Assembly (NCBI GenBank): GCA_019057815.1 | Contig: JAHLWR010000006.1 | Coordinates: 1 to 64,000, forward strand | DNA: 64,000 nucleotides | DNA from: Candidatus Heimdallarchaeota archaeon | Lineage (GTDB): Archaea; Asgardarchaeota; Heimdallarchaeia; Heimdallarchaeales; Heimdallarchaeaceae | Direction: 5' to 3' | Translations under genes and position numbers: made by a program | The notes under the pieces: generated by a model | What the model was told of the DNA's origin: nothing | Database searches by the model: none | The model's input: only the letters and a program-made list of their open reading frames with translations | Shown: piece after piece, positions 38,225-47,241 of the stretch | Layout of the letters: every line of letters begins with the position of its first letter | How positions within the stretch are numbered: the first letter of the stretch is position 1

Positions 38225-39254
38225 AACATCTAAAATCAAGCTAATTCAGAAGATAATTGCGCCAATAATCACCGTGGGATTATTGACGTTTCTTATCTGG
38301 AAGTTTGAACCCAGAAAAATAGCTGGATCTATGAGTCAAGTTAATCTCTGGTATTTGTTAGGTTCATTTGGAATTGTGGTACTTATATTCCTTTTGAAGA
38401 CTCTTCGTTGGCATTATATTCTCAAAAGGCTGGATGTTAAAATAAAGTGGTATAAAACCCTCTGGTTGATTTTTATTGGGATGTTTGGTGCAGCGATTAC
38501 ACCCTCAAAAGTAGGTGATGTAATTAAAGCCCATTATCTCAGTAAATGGACAGGAAGAAGTGAAACTGACACATTTTTTAGTGCGGTTTTGGATAGACTA
38601 ACTGATTTAGCAGCTGTCGCGGTTTACTCATTAATAGCTATACCATTCTTCTTTGATCCCTTAGACAATGTAGTAAAATGGGCTGTTTTTGGTGGGATTC
38701 TAATTATAGCAGCATTAATTATTCTAATGTTTAACGATAAAATTGTAAAACTTATTGTTACTACATTAGCAAAAATGAAAAAACCAAAGAAAAAACAAAA
38801 ATCTGTTAAAGAAAGCGAAGGCGAACAATCACCAAAACCTTCAACAAATAGAGTTATAGACGAATATTACGCGAATCTTGTATTCTTTAGTAAAACTAAT
38901 TATATAATAATTTTTTCAATCTCATTTGTTATTTGGTTATTATTAGGTTTCCAAGCCAGTTTACTTCTCGTTGGTATGAGTTCAACAATAAAAATTGAAA
39001 GTGTTTTGTTAGTGATGACAGGAGTTGTTGCAGTAGCAGCTGTTGTTGCTCTAATTCCAATAAGCATCAGTGGTATAGGAATTAGAGATGCCACAATAGA
39101 ACTTCTAGCTGTTTTCAGTCTAGGAATTTTACCAGAAGTAGCAATAAGTGTTTCATTTATACAAACCATCTTAAATGTCTTCATACCCGCATTAATCGGC
39201 GGAGGCGTGCTTCTTTTCCTGAGACGGAAGAGAAGGAGGGCAAAAAATTCTTAG
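38205..39254 (+). CDS. Flippase-like membrane protein (lysylphosphatidylglycerol synthase TM/UPF0104)
   Basis: LRW, TPSKVGD, DRLTD and PISISGIGIRD motifs. Confidence 0.88.
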   Translation: MNNGSNKTSKIKLIQKIIAPIITVGLLTFLIWKFEPRKIAGSMSQVNLWYLLGSFGIVVLIFLLKTLRWHYILKRLDVKIKWYKTLWLIFIGMFGAAITPSKVGDVIKAHYLSKWTGRSETDTFFSAVLDRLTDLAAVAVYSLIAIPFFFDPLDNVVKWAVFGGILIIAALIILMFNDKIVKLIVTTLAKMKKPKKKQKSVKESEGEQSPKPSTNRVIDEYYANLVFFSKTNYIIIFSISFVIWLLLGFQASLLLVGMSSTIKIESVLLVMTGVVAVAAVVALIPISISGIGIRDATIELLAVFSLGILPEVAISVSFIQTILNVFIPALIGGGVLLFLRRKRRRAKNS

Positions 39255-39259
39255 ATTAT

Positions 39260-40207
39260 TTAATCTTTTTCTATTTCTTCATGTATTTTTTTAATGTTAT
39301 AAACTGAAGATGGTTTGATGTTTTGTCTTGCACTAAGTTCAGCTAAAAACCCTGTCAATATAAACTGAAATCCTGCTATTCCAAGAAGCATGGTTAACAG
39401 TAATAAAGGACGAGTACCTATATCTTGATTATATACAAATTTCTCAATAAGTAAGTATATTCCAAGACCTAGGGCAATAAATAGAAAAAGTGAACCGATT
39501 TTTGAGAATAGTTTGATAGGTCGTTGACTATAATTAAAAAGGAATCTTAAAGTAATTAAATCAGTAAAACCTGCGAATAATCTCTGAAAACCATATTTTG
39601 TTTTTCCTCTAGTACGAGGTCGATGATTGACTTTGACTTCTGTGATTTTAAAACCTTTATGTGAAAGAATTGCAGGAAGATATCTATGTTCACCACTTAC
39701 TAAAACTAAGTTAATTACAGCTTCACTCCTGTAAGCGCGGAAAGTGCAACCACTGTCGTGTATTGATAGTCGGTTAAGGCGTCTATTGAGAAAATTTGAA
39801 ATTTTGGATGGAATTGATTTCAGAATGAAAGAGTCATTCCTCTTAAATCTCCAACCACAAACTACGTCAAAATCGTCTGTAAGCGCGGAAAGCAATATAG
39901 GGATATCATTAGGGTCGTTCTGACCATCTCCGTCTAAAGAAATAATAATGTCTCCCTTTGCAGAATGGAAACCAGCTACAAGTGCAGCTGTTTGACCAAA
40001 ATTTTTTCGTAATTGAACTATTTTAAGATGCGAGTCCCTTCCTGTTAGTAGAGAGCATAACTGTGATAGAGTAGTATCAGTTGAGCCATCATCAACAAAA
40101 ATAATTTCGAAATATTGCTTCTGGGTGGTCATTACATGAACGATTTCGTTGTAGAGAGGAATAATATTCTCCTCTTCGTTATAAACAGGTACAACAACAG
40201 ATAACAT
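39260..40207 (-). CDS. GT2 polyprenol-phosphate glycosyltransferase with two C-terminal TMs
   Basis: SVVVPVYNEE, VDDGSTD, NFGQ and DGDGQNDP motifs. Confidence 0.92.
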   Translation of the reverse strand: MLSVVVPVYNEEENIIPLYNEIVHVMTTQKQYFEIIFVDDGSTDTTLSQLCSLLTGRDSHLKIVQLRKNFGQTAALVAGFHSAKGDIIISLDGDGQNDPNDIPILLSALTDDFDVVCGWRFKRNDSFILKSIPSKISNFLNRRLNRLSIHDSGCTFRAYRSEAVINLVLVSGEHRYLPAILSHKGFKITEVKVNHRPRTRGKTKYGFQRLFAGFTDLITLRFLFNYSQRPIKLFSKIGSLFLFIALGLGIYLLIEKFVYNQDIGTRPLLLLTMLLGIAGFQFILTGFLAELSARQNIKPSSVYNIKKIHEEIEKD

Positions 40208-40260
40208 ATAATCAAAACTAGATTCATTTAAAGGAAAAAAAAGCTTTCTCAAGAAGAGTT

Positions 40261-40364
40261 TGGTGGACCGGTCGGGACTTGAACCCGAGGCCTCTTCGGA
40301 TCTTGAAATAAAGTGTTACTTTATATTTGCAAGCGAAGCGATCTTCCAGCTGATCTACCGGCCC
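40261..40364 (-). tRNA. tRNA-Ala(TGC) with 28-nt intron (40300-40327) at 37/38
   Basis: GGGCCGG/CCGGTCC acceptor with G3-U70, BHB helix CTTG/CAAG, CCA encoded. Confidence 0.95.
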
Positions 40365-40730
40365 TGTAAAACTTACATTATTCAATCGGGAGACCCTTTT
40401 TTTAAGATTTCTATATGCAAGAGTTCGTTTAGAACAGCATTTTACAGAAGTACACAATACATATTAGCGTTTGAATTGTTTTTTGAAAATCTCAAATCTT
40501 TTCCTTAATAAACTCGTTTTTTACTTATTTCATCCTTGCTTTATTGCTTTGAGTTGTTTTACAGCTATTTTGACCTGGTTATTTATTAGATTTAATATCA
40601 CATCGTAAAGATGGCATATCTACGACATTATTATCTTGGTATTACAAAACCCGACAAAAACACGTTCGAAAAACCGTGTTAGGCGCGCCATACTCACATT
40701 CTGAGTACAAAAACGCTTGAAACAGCCCAT

Positions 40731-40750
40731 CCCCATTACTTCCAGTGGAA
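40731..40750 (-). promoter_or_regulatory. ORB-like element TTCCACTGGAAGTAATGGGG (candidate Orc1/Cdc6 site)
   Basis: TTCCA-N-TGGAA dyad, 5 nt, then a G-string, matching the archaeal ORB layout. Confidence 0.5.
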
Positions 40751-40929
40751 AGCGCGGTTTTTGGGGCTTAAAGGCTCTAATACCCGCGTTCTTGAGTTTC
40801 CTTCATTAAATGCTTTATTGCTAAAATTTCTAATGGAAAAGTAAAGCATTAAGTAAATATAATAGCTGAGTATTTAAGTAATGTTATCTTGCTATATATA
40901 GAGAAAACTGGAAGTAGTAAGTGAGGAAA

Positions 40930-41241
40930 ATGGTAACGATAAACGAAGCACAAAGAAAACTGTTGGAACTGATAAATAGTAGAAATAGTGTTAAACAAAT
41001 GGATGTGTTGAGCATTCCAAAAACACCTAGCCGAATACTAGGTGAAAGAATGTTGAATGTGTTTGCAAATCAGATAATGGATGACTGTGTGGGATTAGAA
41101 TGTGATCCTGCAATAGAGGATGAACTGGTTGAAAGTTTGTTAAGCACACTAGCGCTTGCAGGAATAGTAGGAATAGACTTAGAAGGCAAAATTGATGAGA
41201 TACTAGGGTTAATGGAAATAGTCACAGCTGATAGTGCTTAG
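40930..41241 (+). CDS. Small degenerate MazG-like helical protein
   Basis: TINEAQ N-terminus and IEDELVESL..LAGIVGIDLE C-terminus. The acidic motif is incomplete. Confidence 0.55.
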   Translation: MVTINEAQRKLLELINSRNSVKQMDVLSIPKTPSRILGERMLNVFANQIMDDCVGLECDPAIEDELVESLLSTLALAGIVGIDLEGKIDEILGLMEIVTADSA

Positions 41242-41622
41242 ATAAAAATAGTTGTTCCTCTACTATAAGACAGTTTACCACAGGGCGGAGGTATTATTTG
41301 TATTTTTCGAGCGAAATTTATTAGTGATATCAGATATAAAAAATAAGAATAAAGGTGAGAACCATAGGAAGAGCTGTGGATGAGATTATTTTTCCTCCTT
41401 CCTTTCCATAATTTCCTGAAAGAAGATGGGAGAAGATGAAGAGTGAGATAGGGGGGTTTCTTGCTTCCCATCTCCCTTAAGGATAATGTTAATGGGCTTC
41501 TTATGTGAGAAACACTTTTTGTGATTCTCAAAGAATTTACAAAAGTTAAATATATAAAAGCCACAATTTTTCTTTTAAATGTTAGTGATGTATTGAGCTA
41601 AAAATAAATAATGAATAGAGAT

Positions 41623-41814
41623 TCATTGTCTGGGGATTGCATTTCTTATTCTCTGCCTAAATGTTTCCTTATTTTTTATTTCATTTAAAGCCTCTGTTTC
41701 CTTTCTTTGTGTTTTTACACCCTTTTTTCTGATATTGTGTATTCTTGCATAAATGATGAAAAGAAAAATAATAATAACTGATGTAACAATTAAAATGATA
41801 GCTATTGGGTGCAT
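41623..41814 (-). CDS. 63-aa single-TM protein with basic tail
   Basis: N-terminal hydrophobic helix; downstream of and co-oriented with tRNA-Thr. Confidence 0.5.
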   Translation of the reverse strand: MHPIAIILIVTSVIIIFLFIIYARIHNIRKKGVKTQRKETEALNEIKNKETFRQRIRNAIPRQ

Positions 41815-41893
41815 TTTGTTATATATAATACAACTACTAATTATTTAAATATTTATATTTCTTGTATTAAAATGTTTGAATAAAGATATTTTG

Positions 41894-41990
41894 TGGAGCC
41901 CCGGGGGGGAATTGAACCCCCGACCATCTGATGTCTTGATATGAAAAAACACAATACAAGTCAGACGCTCTACCTCTGAGCCACCGAGGC
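41894..41990 (-). tRNA. tRNA-Thr(TGT) with 22-nt intron (41933-41954) at 37/38
   Basis: GCCTCGG/CCGGGGC acceptor, U73, CTTG/CAAG helix, CCA encoded. Confidence 0.95.
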
Positions 41991-42012
41991 TGTATTCTTT
42001 TTAATAAATTTT

Positions 42013-42108
42013 TGGCGCCACCCGCAGGACTTGAACCTGCGACCGTCCGGTTTCTGTGTACTGTTTTTTCTTAACAGCCGAACGCTCTACCGACTAAGCT
42101 AGGGTGGC
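42013..42108 (-). tRNA. tRNA-Asn(GTT) with 20-nt intron (42052-42071) at 37/38
   Basis: GCCACCC/GGGTGGC acceptor, G73, CTGT/ACAG helix, CCA encoded. Confidence 0.95.
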
Positions 42109-42324
42109 TTGTTATTTTATTGCCGTTTCTTCTTTTTCCCTTTAACTTTTAAACCTTTTTTTCTTATGGTTTTACTTTTTCTACTCAGAAGTTACATTTA
42201 GCATTGTATGAATTTGATATTATATATTTAAAGAGCTTTATTCATAATGCAGATACAGTGCTCAGTTTTTGATATCGTGTGAAAGATTTTTGTAAGATAA
42301 GACATAGAAGAAATTTGGATTTGA

Positions 42325-43359
42325 ATGAAGGAAACACACAAAGTTAATGTCTTATGCATTTGGCAACCTAATGAACAACTGTTAAATTATCTGACGGATG
42401 GATTAGCAAAATATCCACAGGTAAATCTGATTATTCCACCTGATAGAGAAGAGGATTCATTTCTTGAACTTATCAAAGAATATAAACCAGAGATTATTAT
42501 GGGTTGGAGACCTACAAAGAGGTTATTAGAGGAAGCAAAGAATTTGAAATTGTTCATCAATCCAGGAGCTGGGGTTCAACATCTTATACCTCTGTTTAGT
42601 GAAGTCACAAAGGAAAGAGAAATAATTCTTGTAAATGGTCATGGTAATTCCTATTTTACGGCTCAACATGCTGTTGCCTTGTTGTTATCATTAACTAATA
42701 AGATAATATTACATCATAATTGGATGAAAGAAGGTTTGTGGAGACGTGGAGACAACTTTGCTGAGTCAACTCCACTATGTGGAAGAACAATAGGTTTACT
42801 TGGTTATGGAGCTGTTAACAAGAAAGTTCATCGTTTTCTCTCTAGTTTTGATGTAGATTTTAACATTTTTCGTAGAGATTGGAATAAGAAAGAAATTACT
42901 CTACCAACACAAGTTAAAACATTTGGTTACAATCAATTACATGAATTTTTGGAAGATGTTGATGTTTTGATTATAGCTGTACCTCTTACTTCAAAAACTG
43001 AAAGAATGATTAGAAGTAAAGAATTGGAGTTATTAGGAAAGAATGGATTGCTTGTCAATGTTGGGCGAGGTGCGGTAATTGATGAAGAGAGTCTGTTTGA
43101 GTCTCTTAAAGACAGAGTTATTGCAGGTGCAGCTATAGATGTATGGTATAATTATCAACCTGAACCTGCAGGAGATGGCAAGAAATATCCTACGAAATAT
43201 CCTTTTCATAAGATGGACAATGTAATTCTCTCACCTCACAGAGGAGCTTCTCCAATGGGTGATCTTAAGCGTTGGGATGAACAAATAGAAAATATTGCTC
43301 GCTTTGTAAGAGGAGAAAAAATATTTTTGAATGAAGTAGATGTAGAAGAAGAATATTAG
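42325..43359 (+). CDS. D-isomer-specific 2-hydroxyacid dehydrogenase
   Basis: LLGYGAV, VPLT, NVGRG, AAIDVW and SPH motifs. Confidence 0.92.
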   Translation: MKETHKVNVLCIWQPNEQLLNYLTDGLAKYPQVNLIIPPDREEDSFLELIKEYKPEIIMGWRPTKRLLEEAKNLKLFINPGAGVQHLIPLFSEVTKEREIILVNGHGNSYFTAQHAVALLLSLTNKIILHHNWMKEGLWRRGDNFAESTPLCGRTIGLLGYGAVNKKVHRFLSSFDVDFNIFRRDWNKKEITLPTQVKTFGYNQLHEFLEDVDVLIIAVPLTSKTERMIRSKELELLGKNGLLVNVGRGAVIDEESLFESLKDRVIAGAAIDVWYNYQPEPAGDGKKYPTKYPFHKMDNVILSPHRGASPMGDLKRWDEQIENIARFVRGEKIFLNEVDVEEEY

Positions 43360-43387
43360 GTAATCTTTAGCAGAAGAAAATCTAGAA

Positions 43388-43993
43388 TCATTGTTCTTCT
43401 TTTTTCTTCTTTGATTTCCTTTTAAACCTTTTAAAGAATGGAAATCCAAGGATGTAAATATAAAATTCGAAGAAAAATGACCCCTTTTCAGGTGGTAAAC
43501 CATGTAACCTGCTCTCAAAAGCATCAAAAGTGTTTCCTAATAGATTGCCAATTGTTATTATCTGAATGAATAGGATGATATCATTCGCTTTTTCCTCTCC
43601 GTAATGGGAAAAAAGTTTTTGGTAAGCTTCTTCAGATGGCAATCCTTCTGTTTCTGCATAACATTGTGCAAATGCAAGACCAACAACTTCATAGGGATCA
43701 CAAGAACTAAAATCATGGACCATAATTTCTTTTATCTCCTCATTAGTGCAACCTTGTTCAAGTGCTACTTTTGTATGAGCCCACTCACAATATACACACT
43801 CATTTACTGCGGTTACAGCTAGCATAATACGCTCTCGAAATTGAGCGCTAATTCTCCCAGAATCCATGGAATCGTGGATTCGTGAAGATTTTCGAAGTAA
43901 CCTTATTACATCTCGTGTAAAACCACGAAAGGTATAGCTGCGTTTTTTAAAATACTGAGTAGCTAGCATCAATTTTAGAAAGATGATACTCAA
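43388..43993 (-). CDS. AhpD/carboxymuconolactone decarboxylase-like protein
   Basis: ERIMLAVTAVNECVYCEWAH motif. Confidence 0.85.
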   Translation of the reverse strand: MSIIFLKLMLATQYFKKRSYTFRGFTRDVIRLLRKSSRIHDSMDSGRISAQFRERIMLAVTAVNECVYCEWAHTKVALEQGCTNEEIKEIMVHDFSSCDPYEVVGLAFAQCYAETEGLPSEEAYQKLFSHYGEEKANDIILFIQIITIGNLLGNTFDAFESRLHGLPPEKGSFFFEFYIYILGFPFFKRFKRKSKKKKEEQ

Positions 43994-44043
43994 TAAATAT
44001 GTTATCCTTAAGCAAAATAAAATAAGAAAAGGAACATAACTGT

Positions 44044-45087
44044 TTAGATTTCAGGGAAGAAACATGCACAATAATGATTAGGACGAATCTCATCTAGAGT
44101 TGGTGATTTTTGAGAACATATTTCTTGAGCTTTCCAGCATCTAGGATTAAATGGACAACCAGGTGGTGGATCTATCGGACTTGGTACATCTCCTTCTAGT
44201 AGTATTCTATCCATTTTAATTCTTGGATCTGGTCTTGGAATTGCTGAGAGAAGTGAAACAGTATAAGGATGAGCTGTTTTTCTAAATAGATCTCCCGTTG
44301 GCGAAAGTTCCATTATTTTACCTAAGTACATTACTGCTACACGATCGGAAACGTGTTTAATAACACTCAAATCATGAGCGATAAACATGAATGTGAGATT
44401 AAGCTCCTTCTGCAAGTCATGTAGTAGATTAAGGATTTGTGCTTGAACTGAAACGTCTAGTGCACTAACTGGTTCATCTAGTAACACTACTTCTGGGTGA
44501 ATAGCCAGTGCTCTAGCAATCCCTATTCTCTGTCTTTGCCCCCCAGAAAACTCATGGGGATATCTAAGTGCGTGATAATCCTCTAATCCTACTTTTGCTA
44601 GTATTTCAAGCACTCTTGATTCTTTTTCCTCATATAGCATGTCTGGGAAGTGTATGTCAAAAGGTTCCTTAATGATGTCAAGAACCATTTTTCTGGGATT
44701 AAGGCTTGAGTAAGGATCTTGAAAAACCATTTGTAATTGTCTCTTAATCACTAGTTCTTCTTCTTTTGTCATTGGTTGAAAGATATCTACACCTTTAAAA
44801 TAAACCGAACCTTCAGTAGGTTCTTCTAGCTTAACTGTTACTCTAGCTGTAGTGCTCTTACCACAGCCTGATTCTCCAACTAGTCCGAGAGTTTCTCCTT
44901 TGTTTATAAAGAGTTGAACACCGTCAACAGCTTTGATATTAGATATAACTTTGGAAAATAAGAGTGATTGTTGACTAACTGGGAACCATTTTTTAAGGTT
45001 GTTCAATTGAATGACTGGTTGCTTTTTAGAGTCCCAAGATGCAAATAAATCGATTGTTTCGTATTCTTCAAATACTGATGACGCCAT
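44044..45087 (-). CDS. dppF: Oligo/dipeptide ABC ATP-binding subunit
   Basis: GESGCGKST, FSGGQRQR, LDEP and C-terminal GCPFNPRC. Confidence 0.93.
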   Translation of the reverse strand: MASSVFEEYETIDLFASWDSKKQPVIQLNNLKKWFPVSQQSLLFSKVISNIKAVDGVQLFINKGETLGLVGESGCGKSTTARVTVKLEEPTEGSVYFKGVDIFQPMTKEEELVIKRQLQMVFQDPYSSLNPRKMVLDIIKEPFDIHFPDMLYEEKESRVLEILAKVGLEDYHALRYPHEFSGGQRQRIGIARALAIHPEVVLLDEPVSALDVSVQAQILNLLHDLQKELNLTFMFIAHDLSVIKHVSDRVAVMYLGKIMELSPTGDLFRKTAHPYTVSLLSAIPRPDPRIKMDRILLEGDVPSPIDPPPGCPFNPRCWKAQEICSQKSPTLDEIRPNHYCACFFPEI

Positions 45088-45089
45088 TT

Positions 45090-46124
45090 TTACACTTCTT
45101 CCTTAATTTTTACTCGTTCTCGCATTGTTTCTTCATCTACATCTAAATCTAGTTCTTCGTAGTGGTGACATGCAACACGTCGTTTAGGGCCTAACCAGAC
45201 ATCTTCAGGTCTTTCTCGAGAGCAGATTTCTGTAGCATACTTGCATCTAGGATGGAAACGACAACCTTTTGGTGGGTTGATTAATCGAGGAACATTTCCT
45301 GGTATTGTTTCTAAACGTGTTTTATCTTTTTCAATAGATGGTATACTATCAAAAAGTGCCCTTGTATATGGATGTTGAGGATTGATGAATACATCCTCTG
45401 TTGGACCTGATTCCACCACTCTTCCACCATAGAAAATATGGACTCTTTTAGTAATTTCTGCTACTACCCCTAAGTTGTGAGTTATGAGCATCATAGCTAA
45501 GCCAAGTTTTTTCTGCATTTCCTTAATAATCTCAAGAACTTGTGCTTGTATTGTTACATCTAGTGCAGTTGTAGGTTCATCCGCAATTAACAAACTTGGT
45601 TGAAGTGCTAAAGCTCTTGCGATTAGTATTCGTTGGCGCATTCCACCAGAAAATTGATGTGGATAATCATGTATTCTTTTTTCAGCGTCAGATAGTCCTA
45701 CTGATTCAAGCATTTCTATTGCTATATCTAAAGCCTCTTTTTTGTTAACTTTTCTGTGTAAACTAATAACTTCTGTCATCTGGTCGTCTACTCTGAAAAT
45801 GGGATTGAGACTTGTCATCGGGTCTTGAAAAATCATAGCAATTTCTTTACCTCTGATGCTCCTCATTTGGTTGTGGGTAAGGTTGAGGAGATTGATTCCT
45901 TTGTAAATTATTTTTCCTTTAATTGTTTTACCGTTCTTTGGCAATATTCTAAGAATGGAATGTCCTGTAACGGTCTTTCCACAACCTGATTCACCGACAA
46001 TACCAACAGGTTCGCCTGCTGTCACATCAAATGATACTCCATCAAGGGCTTCGACTACACCCGATTCTGTGAAGAACTGGGTGTAAATGTCTTGAATTTC
46101 TAGTAAGGGTTTTTTTTCACTCAT
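45090..46124 (-). CDS. dppD: Oligo/dipeptide ABC ATP-binding subunit
   Basis: GESGCGKT, FSGGMRQR and ADEPTTALDV motifs. Confidence 0.93.
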   Translation of the reverse strand: MSEKKPLLEIQDIYTQFFTESGVVEALDGVSFDVTAGEPVGIVGESGCGKTVTGHSILRILPKNGKTIKGKIIYKGINLLNLTHNQMRSIRGKEIAMIFQDPMTSLNPIFRVDDQMTEVISLHRKVNKKEALDIAIEMLESVGLSDAEKRIHDYPHQFSGGMRQRILIARALALQPSLLIADEPTTALDVTIQAQVLEIIKEMQKKLGLAMMLITHNLGVVAEITKRVHIFYGGRVVESGPTEDVFINPQHPYTRALFDSIPSIEKDKTRLETIPGNVPRLINPPKGCRFHPRCKYATEICSRERPEDVWLGPKRRVACHHYEELDLDVDEETMRERVKIKEEV

Positions 46125-46129
46125 CTTTA

Positions 46130-47236
46130 TTACTCCCTTAGTCTTGGATCCAGTGCGTCTCTTAACGCATCTCCTAGTAAGTTAAACGCTAGTACTACAA
46201 AGAATATGGCAAATCCTGGTAACAAAGCTAATTCTGGATTAAGTTTAAGCTCTGTTTGTGCTTCATTTACCATCTGTCCCCATGACACTGTTGTTGGGCT
46301 ACCTAATCCTAGGAAGGTTAACCCAGCTTCTGACAGTATTCCACCTGCAATAGCAAGAGTTCCCAATACTATAATTGGTGCCATAATATTTGGCAATATA
46401 TGAGACATTATTATTCTTTTATTACTCGCTCCAAGTACTCTTGCAGCATTTACGTAATCGAGGTTGTATATTTGTTTTGTATTTGCAGCTACTAGCCTAC
46501 ATAGTCCTGCCCACCCAAAGACTCCTAATACTATGATGATAACTACTGATTGAGGTATTTGTCTTAGGAATTCTAACGTTCCTCTTTGTATGAAAGAAAC
46601 AGCGAGGATTGCGATTACTAAAAATGGTAAAGCTAGGAACATATCCGTTATCCTCATTATAACTTCCTCTGTCCATCCTCTATAATATCCTGCTAACGCT
46701 CCGAGAGTTACTCCGATTAGTAATGAAAGAATGCTTGAAAAGATTCCTACAGTTAAGGATACTTCGCTTCCTGCGAGTAATCTTGAAAATTCATCTCTAC
46801 CTAGAATGTCAGTGCCCGCAGGATATTTCATATTTGGTCTCGTTGTTGAACCTCCACCGTTCCATGCATCAAATAATGGTTCTGTTCCAACAGGACCGAA
46901 TGGCATTAAAATTGGGTAAAATATTGCTAGTAATACTGTTATCGAAACTAAAACCCCTGAAAGTATGGCAACCTTGTTTTTACTGTACCTTTTCCACACT
47001 AATGACCATTGCGAAGGGCTTCTTTCTCTTAATGTTCCATCTTTAGCAATTATGATAGTCTCTTTTGCACCAAACAGCCTTTTAATAGCTGTAAAACCAT
47101 CATTAATGTAATAAGCGCATATTACCAAGAATCCTGCCCAAATCATTGATTTTGGGAGTCTATGCTCATACATGTACTTATCCAATTTCACGGTAAATGT
47201 TACTCTTGTTGTTTCTAATCTTTGCAATTTAATCAC
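46130..47236 (-). CDS. dppC: Oligo/dipeptide ABC permease
   Basis: GTDILGRD, EAA-loop AARVLGAS and GDALRDALDPR motifs. Confidence 0.92.
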   Translation of the reverse strand: MIKLQRLETTRVTFTVKLDKYMYEHRLPKSMIWAGFLVICAYYINDGFTAIKRLFGAKETIIIAKDGTLRERSPSQWSLVWKRYSKNKVAILSGVLVSITVLLAIFYPILMPFGPVGTEPLFDAWNGGGSTTRPNMKYPAGTDILGRDEFSRLLAGSEVSLTVGIFSSILSLLIGVTLGALAGYYRGWTEEVIMRITDMFLALPFLVIAILAVSFIQRGTLEFLRQIPQSVVIIIVLGVFGWAGLCRLVAANTKQIYNLDYVNAARVLGASNKRIIMSHILPNIMAPIIVLGTLAIAGGILSEAGLTFLGLGSPTTVSWGQMVNEAQTELKLNPELALLPGFAIFFVVLAFNLLGDALRDALDPRLRE

Positions 47237-47241
47237 CTTAG

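Noticed and set aside
40260-40508. ORFs 40260..40508 (+) and 40224..40457 (-)
   Set aside because: They overlap tRNA-Ala and have no protein motifs.
41238-41564. 108-aa minus-strand ORF
   Set aside because: Atypical composition and no motif; probably non-coding.
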